The notes: a model not told the origin generated them from the letters alone. DNA of 64,000 nt from an uncultured Pelagibacteraceae bacterium (GCA_902596325.1 CACJTN010000001.1:5035-69034), one strand, 5' to 3'. Counted from the stretch's first letter, positions 39,809 through 54,765 are shown. Program-made: numbers and translations.

Positions 39809-40817
39809 AAAAAATCTTCTTAAAATTTCCGATAAAAAAATAATTGATATTTACCAAAGATTTAAAAAAAATATTGTCTTTTTGAATGGTAAATCTAAAT
39901 TTTCTGCTGGAATTTCAGGCGGACCAGACAGTATGGCTTTAGCTTATTTTCTTAAACTTTATAGTTTAGAAAATAAAATCAGAATAAATTACTATCACGT
40001 TGATCATGGATTAAGACACGGCTCAAAATATGAGGCTTTAATGGTCAAGAAAAAATTAAAATTGATCAAGATAAATTTAAAAATTTTAAAATGGAAAGGT
40101 CAAAAACCTAAGTCAAACATTCAATCCAAAGCTAGAAAATCTAGGTACGATCTTATAAAAGGGAAACTGAATAAAAATTTAATTAATATTATTTTCCTAG
40201 GTCATACAGAAGATGATTTGATTGAAAATTTTTTAATTAGATTAAGCAGAGGATCTGGGTTAAAAGGTTTTGTATCATTTAATTCAAAACTAATTAAAAA
40301 TAATGGTGTTTATTTGTGTAGGCCATTGTTAAATTGTAGCAAAAGTGAGCTCGAGTATACTTCGCAAAAAATTTACAATTTTTATATAAAAGATCCATCT
40401 AATAATGATTTTAAATATAAAAGATCTAGAATAAGGGAAATTATTCAAAAATTAAAAGAGGAAAAATTTAATTTTGAAAAAATCAAATTAACTATATCGA
40501 ATTTAACAAAATCAAATGACGTTATAGAATTTTATGTTAATAACAATTTGGATGAAAACACTATCTTTTTAAAAAAGAAATTCGTAATATTAAAACACAA
40601 TTTTTTTTTACAACCTGAAGAAATAGTATTTAGAAGTTTTTCTAAAATATTGAGCGTTGTAGGTGGTAAGTACTACTCCTCAAGAGGAAGAAAAATCTTA
40701 AATATGATACAAAGAATCGTATCTAAAAACTTTTCAAAGGCTACCTTATCTGGGTGCACAATAGAAAAAATTAAAAAATTGACTATTATTTACCCTGAAT
40801 CATCGAAAAAACTGTAA
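39768..40817 (+). CDS. tilS: tRNA(Ile)-lysidine synthetase
   Basis: SGGPDS, VDHGLR, ARKSRY, GHTEDD..E, RGSG. Confidence 0.95.
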   Translation: MRKKSLSVKKIIHKKNLLKISDKKIIDIYQRFKKNIVFLNGKSKFSAGISGGPDSMALAYFLKLYSLENKIRINYYHVDHGLRHGSKYEALMVKKKLKLIKINLKILKWKGQKPKSNIQSKARKSRYDLIKGKLNKNLINIIFLGHTEDDLIENFLIRLSRGSGLKGFVSFNSKLIKNNGVYLCRPLLNCSKSELEYTSQKIYNFYIKDPSNNDFKYKRSRIREIIQKLKEEKFNFEKIKLTISNLTKSNDVIEFYVNNNLDENTIFLKKKFVILKHNFFLQPEEIVFRSFSKILSVVGGKYYSSRGRKILNMIQRIVSKNFSKATLSGCTIEKIKKLTIIYPESSKKL

Positions 40818-40869
40818 TTCTGTATAATTTGCCTCTTGTTATATTTGCAATAATTCTTAATTATATCGT

Positions 40870-42762
40870 ATGAATTTAAGAAACCTAGCAATGTGGGCAG
40901 TAATAATAGTACTTACTATTGGACTGTACAACATGTTCAAAAATCCCCAAAGATCTATATCACAGAGTAATAATGTTATCTTTTCAGAATTTTTAAATGA
41001 GGTTGATAACGGAAGAGTCGTTCAAGTTGAAATTCAAGGTAATAATATTAAAGGTATACTTTCAAATGGTGAGAATTTCACTACGTATTCGCCAAATGAT
41101 CCAAACTTAATCCAAAGATTAACTGAAAAAGGCGTGAGCATTTCTGCGGCACCGCTAGATGAGAAAATGCCTTCATTGTTTGGTGTTTTATTATCTTGGT
41201 TTCCGATGTTGTTGTTAATTGCAGTTTGGATATTCTTCATGCGACAAATGCAGGGAGGCAAAGGTGGTGCAATGGGTTTTGGAAGATCTAAGGCTAAAAT
41301 GATGAATGAAGTAAAGGGTAAGGTGACTTTTAATGATGTTGCAGGTGTGGAAGAAGCTAAAGAAGAAGTAGAGGAAGTAGTAGAATTTTTAAAAGATCCT
41401 AAAAAATTTAGCAGGCTTGGAGGAAAAATACCAAGAGGATGTTTATTAGTAGGACCTCCAGGTACTGGTAAAACATTGTTAGCTAGGGCAATAGCTGGCG
41501 AGGCAGGAGTTCCTTTTTTTACAATTTCTGGATCTGATTTTGTAGAGATGTTTGTTGGAGTTGGTGCATCAAGAGTTAGAGATATGTTTGAACAAGGAAA
41601 AAAACACTCGCCTTGTATAATATTTATAGATGAGATAGATGCAGTAGGAAGAAGTAGAGGAGCTGGCTTAGGTGGCGGAAACGACGAGAGAGAGCAAACT
41701 TTAAATCAGTTACTTGTTGAAATGGATGGCTTTGATACCAATGAAGGTGTAATTATTATAGCAGCTACAAATAGACCAGATGTTTTAGACCCAGCATTAC
41801 TGAGACCAGGAAGATTTGATAGACAAGTTGTTGTTTCACTTCCAGATATTATAGGCCGAGAAAAAATATTAAAAGTTCATAGTAAAAAGATCTCAATGAC
41901 TCCGGATATAAATTTAAGAACAATTGCAAGAGGTACTCCTGGATTTTCTGGTGCAGATCTTGCTAATCTTGTAAATGAAGCAGCTTTGCTAGCAGCAAGA
42001 AAAAACAAAAGAATAGTTACATATTTAGAATTTGAGGAAGCAAAAGATAAAGTAATGATGGGTGCTGAAAGAAGATCTATGGTCATGACTGAGGACGAAA
42101 AAAAACTTACAGCTTATCATGAGGCAGGACACGCTATAGTCACCATCAATGAAAAAGCCGCCTATCCGATACATAAAGCGACAATAATACCAAGAGGTAG
42201 AGCTTTAGGAATGGTAATGCAACTTCCTGAGAAAGATGAAGTTTCACAAACAAGAGAACAATTGCACGCACAGATGTCAATTGCTATGGGTGGTCGTGTT
42301 GCTGAGGAGTTAATTTTCGGACACGATAAAGTAACTACCGGAGCAGTAAGTGACATTGAACAAGCTACAAAAAGAGCTAGAGCAATGGTTATGAGAGCAG
42401 GATTAAGCAAAGAACTTGGACCTGTGGCTTATGGTGAAAATGAGGAAGAGGTATTTCTTGGAAGATCAGTTGCGAGACAACAAAACATGTCTGAGGAAAC
42501 TGCAAAAAAAGTAGATGCAGAAATTAGAAAATTTGTAGACAAAGGTTACGAAAGAGCAAGAAAAATACTAACTGATAAGATTGATGATTTGCATAAACTC
42601 GCAAAAGCACTATTAACTTATGAAACATTAAGTGGTGAAGAAATTGAGGATATAGTAAACAAAAATGTCTATCCTTCTAATAAGGAAGATCTTAAAGTAG
42701 AGGATGACGACAAAGGATCAGCCTTAGGATCAATTGGGTTAAAACCTAAAATTGTTCACTAA
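40870..42762 (+). CDS. ftsH: ATP-dependent zinc metalloprotease FtsH
   Basis: [15 protein letters not shown] region, HEAGH. Confidence 0.99.
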   Translation: MNLRNLAMWAVIIVLTIGLYNMFKNPQRSISQSNNVIFSEFLNEVDNGRVVQVEIQGNNIKGILSNGENFTTYSPNDPNLIQRLTEKGVSISAAPLDEKMPSLFGVLLSWFPMLLLIAVWIFFMRQMQGGKGGAMGFGRSKAKMMNEVKGKVTFNDVAGVEEAKEEVEEVVEFLKDPKKFSRLGGKIPRGCLLVGPPGTGKTLLARAIAGEAGVPFFTISGSDFVEMFVGVGASRVRDMFEQGKKHSPCIIFIDEIDAVGRSRGAGLGGGNDEREQTLNQLLVEMDGFDTNEGVIIIAATNRPDVLDPALLRPGRFDRQVVVSLPDIIGREKILKVHSKKISMTPDINLRTIARGTPGFSGADLANLVNEAALLAARKNKRIVTYLEFEEAKDKVMMGAERRSMVMTEDEKKLTAYHEAGHAIVTINEKAAYPIHKATIIPRGRALGMVMQLPEKDEVSQTREQLHAQMSIAMGGRVAEELIFGHDKVTTGAVSDIEQATKRARAMVMRAGLSKELGPVAYGENEEEVFLGRSVARQQNMSEETAKKVDAEIRKFVDKGYERARKILTDKIDDLHKLAKALLTYETLSGEEIEDIVNKNVYPSNKEDLKVEDDDKGSALGSIGLKPKIVH

Positions 42763-42767
42763 ACTTA

Positions 42768-43817
42768 ATGCAAAAATATTACACAAGAGCGTGTAATTTT
42801 TATTTTGGAAAACATTCATTACAAAAAGTAAAAAAAAAATTAAGTTTACCCTTAGGTGGAAACAAAAATATATCTTTTGATACTATAGAGATTATAACTA
42901 GGACAAGTAAAAAAAAATTAAATATAAAACAATTAAAAAATCTTCCAATAAATATAAAAAAAAAAGTTCTTAGTGATTTAAAAAATATTTGCAGAATAAA
43001 AAAAATTAAGAAACTAAATTTAAATAATATTCCTCTTTTAATGGGTATTTTAAATTTGACACCGGACAGTTTTTCAGATGGTGGTAAATATAATGAAATA
43101 AATGCCTCAAAATCACAAATTAAGAAATTGATTAGATCAGGCGCAAATATAATTGACGTTGGTGGCGAGTCAACGAGACCGGGATCTATAGATGTTAATC
43201 AAAAAAACGAGTGGGATAGAGTCAAAGATACTTTGAAATATCTAAACAAAAAAAAAATTTTTATCTCACTAGATACAAGAAAAACATATGTCATGCGTAA
43301 AGCGGTTTCTTACAAATTAGATTTAATTAATGATGTATCGGGCCTTAGCTATGATAAAAATATTTTTAAATTTCTTAAACAAACTAATTTACCATTTGTT
43401 ATTCATCATATGAAAGGTACTCCAAAAAATATGCAAATAAATCCTTCATATAAAAATGTCCTTTTAGACATTTATGATTTCTTTGAAAGGAAACTCAAAA
43501 AATTAAGAAAATATGGAATTAGACACAATCAAATATTAATCGATCCAGGCATAGGTTTTGGTAAAAATTTGAAACATAATATTACTTTGATTAAAAAAAT
43601 TTCTATTTTCCATTCCCTAGGATTCCCAATATTATTAGGAGTATCAAGAAAAAGGTTTATCCGAGAAATATCTGGTGTAAATGAGAGTAAAAATAGATTA
43701 GGAGGAACATTATCATCTAGTATATATAGTTTAATGCAAGGAGTTCAAATACTTAGAGTTCATGATGTTAATGAAATAAACCAAGGTTTAAAAGTTTTTA
43801 AAAAAATTTATAATTAA
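42768..43817 (+). CDS. folP: Dihydropteroate synthase (with N-terminal extension)
   Basis: MGILNLTPDSFSDGG, GGESTRPG, DPGIGFGK, SRKRFI, RVHDV. Confidence 0.96.
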   Translation: MQKYYTRACNFYFGKHSLQKVKKKLSLPLGGNKNISFDTIEIITRTSKKKLNIKQLKNLPINIKKKVLSDLKNICRIKKIKKLNLNNIPLLMGILNLTPDSFSDGGKYNEINASKSQIKKLIRSGANIIDVGGESTRPGSIDVNQKNEWDRVKDTLKYLNKKKIFISLDTRKTYVMRKAVSYKLDLINDVSGLSYDKNIFKFLKQTNLPFVIHHMKGTPKNMQINPSYKNVLLDIYDFFERKLKKLRKYGIRHNQILIDPGIGFGKNLKHNITLIKKISIFHSLGFPILLGVSRKRFIREISGVNESKNRLGGTLSSSIYSLMQGVQILRVHDVNEINQGLKVFKKIYN

Positions 43818-45148
43818 TGTTAAAAAAATATTTTGGCACTGACGGAATAAGAGGCAGAGTAAATAAAGAAAAAATAAATGGAGAAATGTTTTTCAAATTT
43901 GGCTTAGCAGCTGGCACTTATTTTAAGAACCAAAAAAAAAATAAGCAAATAGCTATAATTGCCAAAGATACAAGATTATCTGGTTATACTTTAGAGCCTG
44001 CACTTGTATCAGGATTAGCCTCAGCCGGAATGCATATATTTACATTTGGTCCACTACCTACAAACGGGTTAGCAATGTTAACAAAAAAAATGCGAGCAAA
44101 TTTGGGTATTATGATTACCGCATCACATAACCCATATCATGATAATGGCCTAAAATTATTTGGTCCAGATGGACTAAAGCTATCTGACTTAATTGAAAAA
44201 AAAATTGAAAAATTGATTGATACCAATATATCTATTAATTTATCTAATCCAAAAATTCTTGGAAGAGTTCAAAGACTTGAGAACGGATCAGAAAAATATA
44301 TTGAAATTTTGAAGAGTAATTTTCCAAATCAGTTTAATTTACGAGGTCTTAAAATTGCAATTGATTGTGCGAATGGTGCAGCTTACAAAGTTGGACCTTT
44401 GTTATTCGAGTCTCTTGGTGCCCAAGTTTATAAAACTGGAATTAATCCAAATGGATTTAATATTAATAAAAGATGTGGTTCTACTTATCCAAATAAAATT
44501 AGAAATTTTACAAAAAAAAATAACGCACATATTGGTATATCTTTAGATGGAGATGCTGACAGAATAATTATATGTGATGAAAATGGCAAAATAGTTAATG
44601 GTGATGCCATAATAGCAATGTTGGCTAAAAGATGGAAAAAAAAAAAAATTTTAAAAGGCGGTGTGATTGGAACTTTGATGTCCAATTTTGGATTAGAGGA
44701 TTACTTTAAAAAAAATAAAATTAAGTTTTTAAGATCACAGGTTGGTGATAGGCATGTTAAGGAACTAATGAAAAAAAATAAATTTAATTTAGGCGGCGAA
44801 CAATCTGGTCACATAATTTTAGGCAAGTTTGCAACAACAGGAGATGGTTTGTTAGTAGCTTTAGAAGTTTTGTTTTCAATGAGAAAAGGAAAAAAAGCGA
44901 GTGAATTATTCAATAATTTTAAACCAACACCTCAATTATTAGAAAACGTAGTTGTAAAAAATAAATCCATAATCAAAAGTGATAAATGTAAAAAAGCTAT
45001 AAATCATGCAAATAAATTAATTAGTGGGAACGGTAGAATGCTTGTTAGAAAATCAGGCACGGAACCAAAAATAAGGATTATGTGTGAAAGTAATGATAAA
45101 AAATTAATTTCTAAATGTATTAATATTGTAAAAAAATCTATTAACTAA
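43817..45148 (+). CDS. glmM: Phosphoglucosamine mutase
   Basis: FGTDGIRG, TASHNP, DGDADR, GEQSGH, RKSGTEP. Confidence 0.97.
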   Translation: MLKKYFGTDGIRGRVNKEKINGEMFFKFGLAAGTYFKNQKKNKQIAIIAKDTRLSGYTLEPALVSGLASAGMHIFTFGPLPTNGLAMLTKKMRANLGIMITASHNPYHDNGLKLFGPDGLKLSDLIEKKIEKLIDTNISINLSNPKILGRVQRLENGSEKYIEILKSNFPNQFNLRGLKIAIDCANGAAYKVGPLLFESLGAQVYKTGINPNGFNINKRCGSTYPNKIRNFTKKNNAHIGISLDGDADRIIICDENGKIVNGDAIIAMLAKRWKKKKILKGGVIGTLMSNFGLEDYFKKNKIKFLRSQVGDRHVKELMKKNKFNLGGEQSGHIILGKFATTGDGLLVALEVLFSMRKGKKASELFNNFKPTPQLLENVVVKNKSIIKSDKCKKAINHANKLISGNGRMLVRKSGTEPKIRIMCESNDKKLISKCINIVKKSIN

Positions 45149-45149
45149 T

Positions 45150-48138
<2,989 letters not shown>

Positions 48139-48186
48139 AACGTTATTTATTTAATAAAGTTTTTTACTTTTACAATGATTTCTTTT

Positions 48187-49161
48187 TCAAGTATTTCTTA
48201 GATTTTTTAATAATTTTTCCAAATCATTTGGCAATTTTGACTGGAAAATTAATCTCTTATTGCTAACTGGATGGGTAAAGCGAATACTTGCTGCATGTAA
48301 AAATTGTCTATTTAAAGTATTTAAAATATTAAATAATTCTTCATCAACGTTTGTTATTTTTTTATATTTTTTTTTATAGTGTTTATCACCAACTATGTGA
48401 TTACCTTTATAACTTAAGTGGACTCTGATTTGATGTGTTCTTCCCGTTTCAAGCTTGCATTCAACTAAACTAAAAGTTGGTGATTTTTCACTCTCGAACA
48501 CTTCAATGGTTTTGTAATTTGTTATAGCTTTTTTACCTTTTGTCAAACTTACTTCCATTAATTGTCTATTTTTAACACTACGCTTTATATAATTTTCAAT
48601 TCTTCCAGACCGAGGTCTAATCTTTCCCCACACCAAAGCAAGATAAACTCTATCTATGGTGTGATTTTTAAATTGTTCCGACAATTTTAAATGACTTAAG
48701 TTATTTTTAGCAATTATTATTAAACCAGAGGTATCTTTATCAATTCTGTGCACAATACCAGGTCTATATTTTTCACCCACGTCAGAAAGATTTTTATTAC
48801 AATATTTAATTAAGGCGTTTACGATAGTTTTATCATAATTTCCTGCTCCTGGATGTATCGATATTCCCGATTGTTTATTTAAAACTAAAATATCTTTATC
48901 CTCAAAAATAATATCCAAATTATAATCGTAAGGTTTTAAAGTGACTTTATTCTCTTCTATTATTTTTAAATAAATTTTATCACCTTGATTGATCTTCTTC
49001 GATGGACTATTTACAACTTGCCCATTTATTTTAAGAAACTTATTTAAAATTAGGTTTTTTATCTTTGTTCTACTCAAATTTTTATAATTTTTACTCAGGT
49101 AATAGTCTATTCTTGGATTGCCTTGAATATTTTCAACAACAAAATTAATGATATTATTCAT
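48187..49161 (-). CDS. rluD: 23S rRNA pseudouridine synthase (RluD/RluA family)
   Basis: S4 domain, GIVHRIDKDTSG, ETGRTHQIRVH, QFLHA. Confidence 0.9.
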   Translation of the reverse strand: MNNIINFVVENIQGNPRIDYYLSKNYKNLSRTKIKNLILNKFLKINGQVVNSPSKKINQGDKIYLKIIEENKVTLKPYDYNLDIIFEDKDILVLNKQSGISIHPGAGNYDKTIVNALIKYCNKNLSDVGEKYRPGIVHRIDKDTSGLIIIAKNNLSHLKLSEQFKNHTIDRVYLALVWGKIRPRSGRIENYIKRSVKNRQLMEVSLTKGKKAITNYKTIEVFESEKSPTFSLVECKLETGRTHQIRVHLSYKGNHIVGDKHYKKKYKKITNVDEELFNILNTLNRQFLHAASIRFTHPVSNKRLIFQSKLPNDLEKLLKNLRNT

Positions 49162-49184
49162 AAATTATAATATTAATAAATAAT

Positions 49185-49261
49185 GCGTCTGTAGCTCAAC
49201 TGGATAGAGCGCCAGATTTCGGCTCTGGAGGTTCAGGGTTCGACTCCTTGCAGGCGCACCA
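49185..49261 (+). tRNA. tRNA-Arg (anticodon TCG)
   Basis: GCGTCTG-TA-GCTCAACTGGATAGAGC-G-CCAGA-TTTCGGC-TCTGG-AGGTT-CAGGGTTCGACTCCTTG-CAGGCGC-ACCA. Confidence 0.95.
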
Positions 49262-49293
49262 ATTACTAATTAACATATTAAATTTTATAATTT

Positions 49294-50085
49294 TTATTCC
49301 CCCATATTTACTAAAGTACCTTTTTTTCTTGCTCCATAAAAAGAAAAATAAAATATTATCACCGACAATGAAAAATAAATTAAATTTAACAACAAAGCAT
49401 TTATAATATTATCATAATTTACAGAGTTATTTATTAATATTGATCTTGCTTCTTCGAATACATATACCAATGGCAATAAATTAGAAATATATTGTAGCCA
49501 TTCAGGCAAGATTGATAGAGGATAATAAACACATCCTAAAGGTGCCAATAGAAAAAGAGATGACCATGCTGTATTTTCAAATGCAGGCCCGAATCTCAAA
49601 AGACCTGAAGTTACCAAAATACCTAGAGTTGTTCCAAACATGTATAAACTTAAAAAAAGTAAAAATAATGGAGCTCCCAGATTTATTATAGAAACCCCAA
49701 ATAAAGGACTCATTAATAAAACTGCTGGTACAATCCCGATTAAAGTTCTTACAAGAGCTGTAAATGTCAAAGCAGTGATAATTTCACTTAATTTTAATGG
49801 AGCTACAAATAAATTTGTAAAATTTCTACTCCATATTTCTTCAAGAAATAACATGTTAAAACTTATGCTCGATCTAAATAAGAAATCATATAGTATTGCA
49901 CAACTTAGTATTACACCTACAGTATTATTGTAATAATCGCTGTACATCGTAAAAAATTTTGAAATAAAACCCCAAAGGATAATTTGAATTGTTGGCCAAT
50001 AAATTAGGTCTAATATTCTAGGGAAAGATCCTCTTATTAAATAAAGATGTCTTATAGACAATGCATACATTCTTCGTAATTTCAT
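49294..50085 (-). CDS. ABC-2 type transporter permease
   Basis: Six TM segments, EEIWSRN..NLF..P, VYYPL..LP.WLQ. Confidence 0.9.
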   Translation of the reverse strand: MKLRRMYALSIRHLYLIRGSFPRILDLIYWPTIQIILWGFISKFFTMYSDYYNNTVGVILSCAILYDFLFRSSISFNMLFLEEIWSRNFTNLFVAPLKLSEIITALTFTALVRTLIGIVPAVLLMSPLFGVSIINLGAPLFLLFLSLYMFGTTLGILVTSGLLRFGPAFENTAWSSLFLLAPLGCVYYPLSILPEWLQYISNLLPLVYVFEEARSILINNSVNYDNIINALLLNLIYFSLSVIIFYFSFYGARKKGTLVNMGE

Positions 50086-50087
50086 AA

Positions 50088-50810
50088 TTATTCTCTTACT
50101 AGCTTTAAAAAAGTTTCTTCAAGATTTACTCTACCATGTTTAAAAATTAATTCCTCACATGTGCCATCATCGATTATTTTTCCTTGTTTCATCATCATAA
50201 TATTCTCACATAATCTTTCTACTTCACTCATGTTATGGGATGCCAGAAGTATTGTTGTATTATTTTTTTTTGCATAATTTTCAATGTATGATCTGACATA
50301 GTCGCCTGTATCTGGATCTAGGCTTGCTGTAGGCTCATCTAACAATAAAATTTCTGGATTATTAATTAAGGATTTTGCCAAAGAAACTCTATTTTTTTGA
50401 CCCGATGATAACTCACCAGTTTTTTTATTTAAAAACTCTTTAAGGTTCAAATCATTACATAATGTATTAATTCTATTTTGAAGATTTTTTACCTCATACA
50501 TTTTTCCATAAACAATTAAGTTTTCTTTGACTGATAGTTTTTTTGGAAGCTCGACATAGGGAGATATAAAGTTCATTTTTTCTAAAACACTTATTCTGTT
50601 TTTTTCAATCTCAATATCTTTGTTATTAATTAAAACCTCCCCTTTAGTTGGTCTAATCAGACCAAGTATCATTCCTATTGTTGTAGTTTTTCCGCATCCA
50701 TTTGGTCCAAGTAGTCCAGTAATTGAACCTTTTTTAATTTCAAAATTTAAATTTTTAACTGCTTCAAAACCTTTATAGTTTTTATATAAATTTTTAATTT
50801 TAATACTCAT
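50088..50810 (-). CDS. ABC transporter ATP-binding protein
   Basis: GPNGCGKTT, LSSGQ, LLLDEPT, SH. Confidence 0.95.
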   Translation of the reverse strand: MSIKIKNLYKNYKGFEAVKNLNFEIKKGSITGLLGPNGCGKTTTIGMILGLIRPTKGEVLINNKDIEIEKNRISVLEKMNFISPYVELPKKLSVKENLIVYGKMYEVKNLQNRINTLCNDLNLKEFLNKKTGELSSGQKNRVSLAKSLINNPEILLLDEPTASLDPDTGDYVRSYIENYAKKNNTTILLASHNMSEVERLCENIMMMKQGKIIDDGTCEELIFKHGRVNLEETFLKLVRE

Positions 50811-51736
50811 TTAATCGAAGCTCTCTGTAGTCTATCATTAATAGTTCGACCAATTCCAATATTTGGAATTTTTTCAACTTCAATTAATTTGAATTTTCTT
50901 TTCTTTATTTTTCTTAGTGTTTTGTATAAATTTTTTCCTGCCTCCTTCAGATTTTTATTCTTTGTTAAATAAAAAAAATTTCTACTTGTGAATTTTTTTT
51001 TATTTATCAAAATGTAAGCACTATTTTTTTTTGGATCTTTTATATTTAATCTAATAGGTATACCTGGAGAGTAGTGTAGCCTTCTTTGTCCTGGATAGTT
51101 TCTTTTAGTATCTGAATTATAATTAAGTCTTACATTTAAAATTTTTTTCAAGTATTCCAATTTTAATCCTCCAAGCCTTATTATTTTTGGTTTGTTAGTC
51201 AAATCAATTATAGTTGACTCTAATCCAATATTTGACCTACCGCCGTTTAATACATACTTAATTTTTTTTCCAAATTCATCTATTACATCATTTTTGGTGA
51301 CGGGACTAATGCTTGAGGATATATTTGCACTAGGTGCCGCCAAGGGGAAATCAATCTTATTTAAAAGACTTCTTATTACTGGATGCTTTGGAAATCTTAC
51401 TGCTAAGTTTTTTTTTTTATTTGTCACGTTGTTATCAATCATACTATTACTTTTCAATCTGAGAATAAAAGTCAATGGTCCTGGACAAAATTTTTTATAG
51501 AGTTTGTAAAAATTTTCATTCAAGTGGCAATCTCTCTCTAGTTGAGATTTACTATAATAATGAACTATAAGAGGATTTTTTTTTGGTCTTTTCTTAAGCT
51601 TAAAAACTTTCGAAACTGCACTACGTGAATATGCATTTGCGGCTAATCCATAAACAGTTTCTGTAGGTATACCTATACATTCATTATTTTTTAAATAGTT
51701 AATAGATTTTTTAATACTGGAATTGTTAATTTTCAT
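50807..51736 (-). CDS. sua5: L-threonylcarbamoyladenylate synthase (Sua5/TsaC)
   Basis: PTETVYGL, KKRP..NPLIVH, PGPLT, APSANIS, GLEST, HYSP. Confidence 0.95.
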   Translation of the reverse strand: MKINNSSIKKSINYLKNNECIGIPTETVYGLAANAYSRSAVSKVFKLKKRPKKNPLIVHYYSKSQLERDCHLNENFYKLYKKFCPGPLTFILRLKSNSMIDNNVTNKKKNLAVRFPKHPVIRSLLNKIDFPLAAPSANISSSISPVTKNDVIDEFGKKIKYVLNGGRSNIGLESTIIDLTNKPKIIRLGGLKLEYLKKILNVRLNYNSDTKRNYPGQRRLHYSPGIPIRLNIKDPKKNSAYILINKKKFTSRNFFYLTKNKNLKEAGKNLYKTLRKIKKRKFKLIEVEKIPNIGIGRTINDRLQRASIK

Positions 51737-51756
51737 GTAATAATTAAATATTTAAT

Positions 51757-52005
51757 ATGAAAGACAAAAATTTACTAGATGATATTAAAATTAAATCATT
51801 AACTGAGCTAACAGAAATAGCAGCTAATCTGGTCAAAAAATTAGAAAAACAGAAGGATTTAGAAAAATCAATTGAAGAATATCAAAAGCTTTTGACTATA
51901 AATAATTTAATTCAAAAAAAATTCCAAAATACTTCAAGAGAAATTTCTGATGAAACTCGTGAAAAAATAAAAAAAATTTTAAATGATGAAAAAAAAATTA
52001 TATAA
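51757..52005 (+). CDS. xseB: Probable exodeoxyribonuclease VII small subunit (divergent)
   Basis: Helical LVKKLE..DLEKSIEEY pattern and the canonical xseB-ispA-dxs order. Confidence 0.6.
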   Translation: MKDKNLLDDIKIKSLTELTEIAANLVKKLEKQKDLEKSIEEYQKLLTINNLIQKKFQNTSREISDETREKIKKILNDEKKII

Positions 52006-52855
52006 AGTTGCAAGAGATACTAACAGTTTCTTAAAAAAATTTTTAAATAAACAAAAAAAAACAAGTCTTATTCACCCAATGAAATATGGCTTATTTCCTG
52101 GAGGTAAACAAATTAGGTCAAAGTTATTAATTGATGTAGGAAAAATTTTTTCTCTTGATAATAAAACTTTATTACATGTTAGCGCAGCAATAGAGTGTAT
52201 ACATGCTTATTCACTAATACACGATGACCTACCATGTATGGATGATGATATTTTTAGAAGAGGTAAATTAACCGTGCATAAAAAGTTTAGTGAGTCGACT
52301 GCAATTCTTGCAGGAAACTCATTATTAACTATTAGTTTTGAAATATTAAGCAGTAATAATTTTAATGTATCAAGTGATGTAAAAAATGAACTTATTCATT
52401 CTATTTCTAGGTGTGCAGGACATTCCGGAGTAGCAGGAGGTCAGCATTTGGATCTGGAATACGAAAAACAAAGAGTTTCTATGTTAAAAATAATAGAGAT
52501 GCAGAGAAAAAAAACTGGAATGCTTTTTGAATTTTGTTGTACTGCACCTACTATCATAAATAAAGATAAAAAAAATTTTAAAAAATTTAGTAGTATTGGA
52601 TCAGATATAGGTTTACTTTTTCAAATAGCTGATGATTTAATTGATCAAAGTGGGAATTCGAAAAAAGTTGGAAAAAAAACAAAGAAAGATCAAAAAAAAG
52701 GAAAAGCCACTTTAATTAGTTTACTTGGATATAAAAATGCTATTAATTATTCATATAAATTAAAAAATGATATTTTTAAACGCTTAAATAAATTTGGTAG
52801 AAATGCAGAGGATTTAAAGGAAACTGTGAACTTTATTTTAACAAGAAGTAAATGA
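51983..52855 (+). CDS. ispA: Farnesyl diphosphate synthase / geranyltranstransferase
   Basis: [35 protein letters not shown]. Confidence 0.93.
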   Translation: MMKKKLYKVARDTNSFLKKFLNKQKKTSLIHPMKYGLFPGGKQIRSKLLIDVGKIFSLDNKTLLHVSAAIECIHAYSLIHDDLPCMDDDIFRRGKLTVHKKFSESTAILAGNSLLTISFEILSSNNFNVSSDVKNELIHSISRCAGHSGVAGGQHLDLEYEKQRVSMLKIIEMQRKKTGMLFEFCCTAPTIINKDKKNFKKFSSIGSDIGLLFQIADDLIDQSGNSKKVGKKTKKDQKKGKATLISLLGYKNAINYSYKLKNDIFKRLNKFGRNAEDLKETVNFILTRSK

Positions 52856-54765
52856 AAAAATCTTACAAATATTTAAATAATATAAATTTTCCATCAGATT
52901 TAAGAAAACTTAAAAAAGATGAACTAAAATATGTTGCTAAAGAACTCAGAGAAGAATTAATTGATGCAGTTTCTGAAACTGGTGGTCATTTAGGTGCTGG
53001 TTTAGGTGTGGTTGAATTAACTGTAGCATTGCATTATATTTTTGATACTCCAAACGACAAATTAATTTGGGATGTTGGTCATCAAGCATACCCACATAAA
53101 ATACTCACTGGAAGGAAAGATAAAATCAGAACTTTGAGACAAGGAAATGGATTATCTGGTTTTACAAAACGATCTGAAAGCGAGTATGATCCTTTTGGAG
53201 CTGCACACAGCTCAACCTCTTTATCCTCAGGACTTGGAATTGCTATAGCTAATAAATTATCTAATAAATCTAGTAATGTAATTTCAGTAATAGGAGATGG
53301 AGCAATTAGTGCAGGTATGGCTTATGAAGCGATGAATAACGCAGGAGCGAGCAAGACTAAAATTATAGTAATTCTAAACGATAATGACATGTCAATTGCT
53401 AAACCTGTTGGTGCAATGAGAAGTTATCTTGCAAAAATTCTTTCTGGTAAAATTTATTTTAGTTTTAGAGAAACAGTTAAGCTTATTATTTCTGCTTTTT
53501 CAAAAAGATTTTCAAAAAAAGCAGGCAAGGCAGAAGATTTTTTAAGATCTGCAGTAACAGGCGGTACTTTGTTTAACTCAATGGGATTTTATTATGTTGG
53601 TCCAATAAATGGACATGATTTAGATGCCTTACTACCAGTTCTACAAAATGCAAAAGAAGTAAGTTACGATGGTCCAATTATGATACATGTAAAGACTGAG
53701 AAAGGTAAAGGATATAGTTTCGCTGAAAAATCTGAAGATAAATATCATGGCGTTTCAAAGTTTAATGTAAGCACTGGCAAACAAGAAAAATCGAAATCAA
53801 TTGCACCATCATATACAAAGGTTTTTGCAAATACTCTAATTGAGCATGCTAAAAATGACAGTAAGGTAATTGGTATAACAGCCGCAATGCCATCTGGTAC
53901 AGGTATGGATTTATTTGCAGAAAAATTTCCTGATAGAATGTTTGATGTAGGTATAGCTGAACAACATGCTGTAACATTCGCAGCTGGGCTAGCTACAGAA
54001 GGTTTTAAACCTTATGCAGCTATTTATTCAACATTTTTGCAAAGAGCTTATGATCAAGTTGTTCATGATGTAGCGATACAAAGCTTACCCGTCAGATTTG
54101 CAATTGACAGGGCAGGATTGGTTGGTGCAGACGGACCTACTCATGCTGGTTCATTTGATATTACTTATCTTACCACTTTGCCCAATTTTATTGTAATGGC
54201 TGCGAGTGATGAGGCTGAACTTGTGAAAATGATAAATACTTCTATAGATATTAATAATAGACCTTGCGCATTTAGATACCCTAGAGGCAATGGATTGGGA
54301 GTCGAGCTACCATCAATTGATGAAAAATTAATTGTAGGTAAAGGCAAGGTAGTTAGAGAGGGTAAGAAGGTTGCAATCGTTAACTTTGGAGCAAGATTAA
54401 ATGATATTCTTAAATCCTCAGAAATTTTACAAAAAAAAGGTATAAATTTAACAATAATCGATGCGAGATTTGCCAAACCTTTAGATGAAAATCTTTTATG
54501 GCAAGTAGCTAATGAGCATGAAATTTTAATTACTGTTGAGGAAGGTTCTATAGGAGGTTTTGGCTCTCATGTCTCTAAATTTCTTACAGATAAAAATCTA
54601 CTTGATAACAACTTAAAACTGCGAAACATGGTATTGCCTGATAAATTTATAGATCAAGATAAGCCAGAGCAGATGTACAAAATTGCAGGGCTAGACTCTT
54701 TCAACATTGTTGATAAAGTATTAGAGACTTTAAACTCCAAGGTAATTATCAAAAAAACTAATTAA
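52852..54765 (+). CDS. dxs: 1-deoxy-D-xylulose-5-phosphate synthase
   Basis: [44 protein letters not shown]. Confidence 0.98.
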   Translation: MKKSYKYLNNINFPSDLRKLKKDELKYVAKELREELIDAVSETGGHLGAGLGVVELTVALHYIFDTPNDKLIWDVGHQAYPHKILTGRKDKIRTLRQGNGLSGFTKRSESEYDPFGAAHSSTSLSSGLGIAIANKLSNKSSNVISVIGDGAISAGMAYEAMNNAGASKTKIIVILNDNDMSIAKPVGAMRSYLAKILSGKIYFSFRETVKLIISAFSKRFSKKAGKAEDFLRSAVTGGTLFNSMGFYYVGPINGHDLDALLPVLQNAKEVSYDGPIMIHVKTEKGKGYSFAEKSEDKYHGVSKFNVSTGKQEKSKSIAPSYTKVFANTLIEHAKNDSKVIGITAAMPSGTGMDLFAEKFPDRMFDVGIAEQHAVTFAAGLATEGFKPYAAIYSTFLQRAYDQVVHDVAIQSLPVRFAIDRAGLVGADGPTHAGSFDITYLTTLPNFIVMAASDEAELVKMINTSIDINNRPCAFRYPRGNGLGVELPSIDEKLIVGKGKVVREGKKVAIVNFGARLNDILKSSEILQKKGINLTIIDARFAKPLDENLLWQVANEHEILITVEEGSIGGFGSHVSKFLTDKNLLDNNLKLRNMVLPDKFIDQDKPEQMYKIAGLDSFNIVDKVLETLNSKVIIKKTN

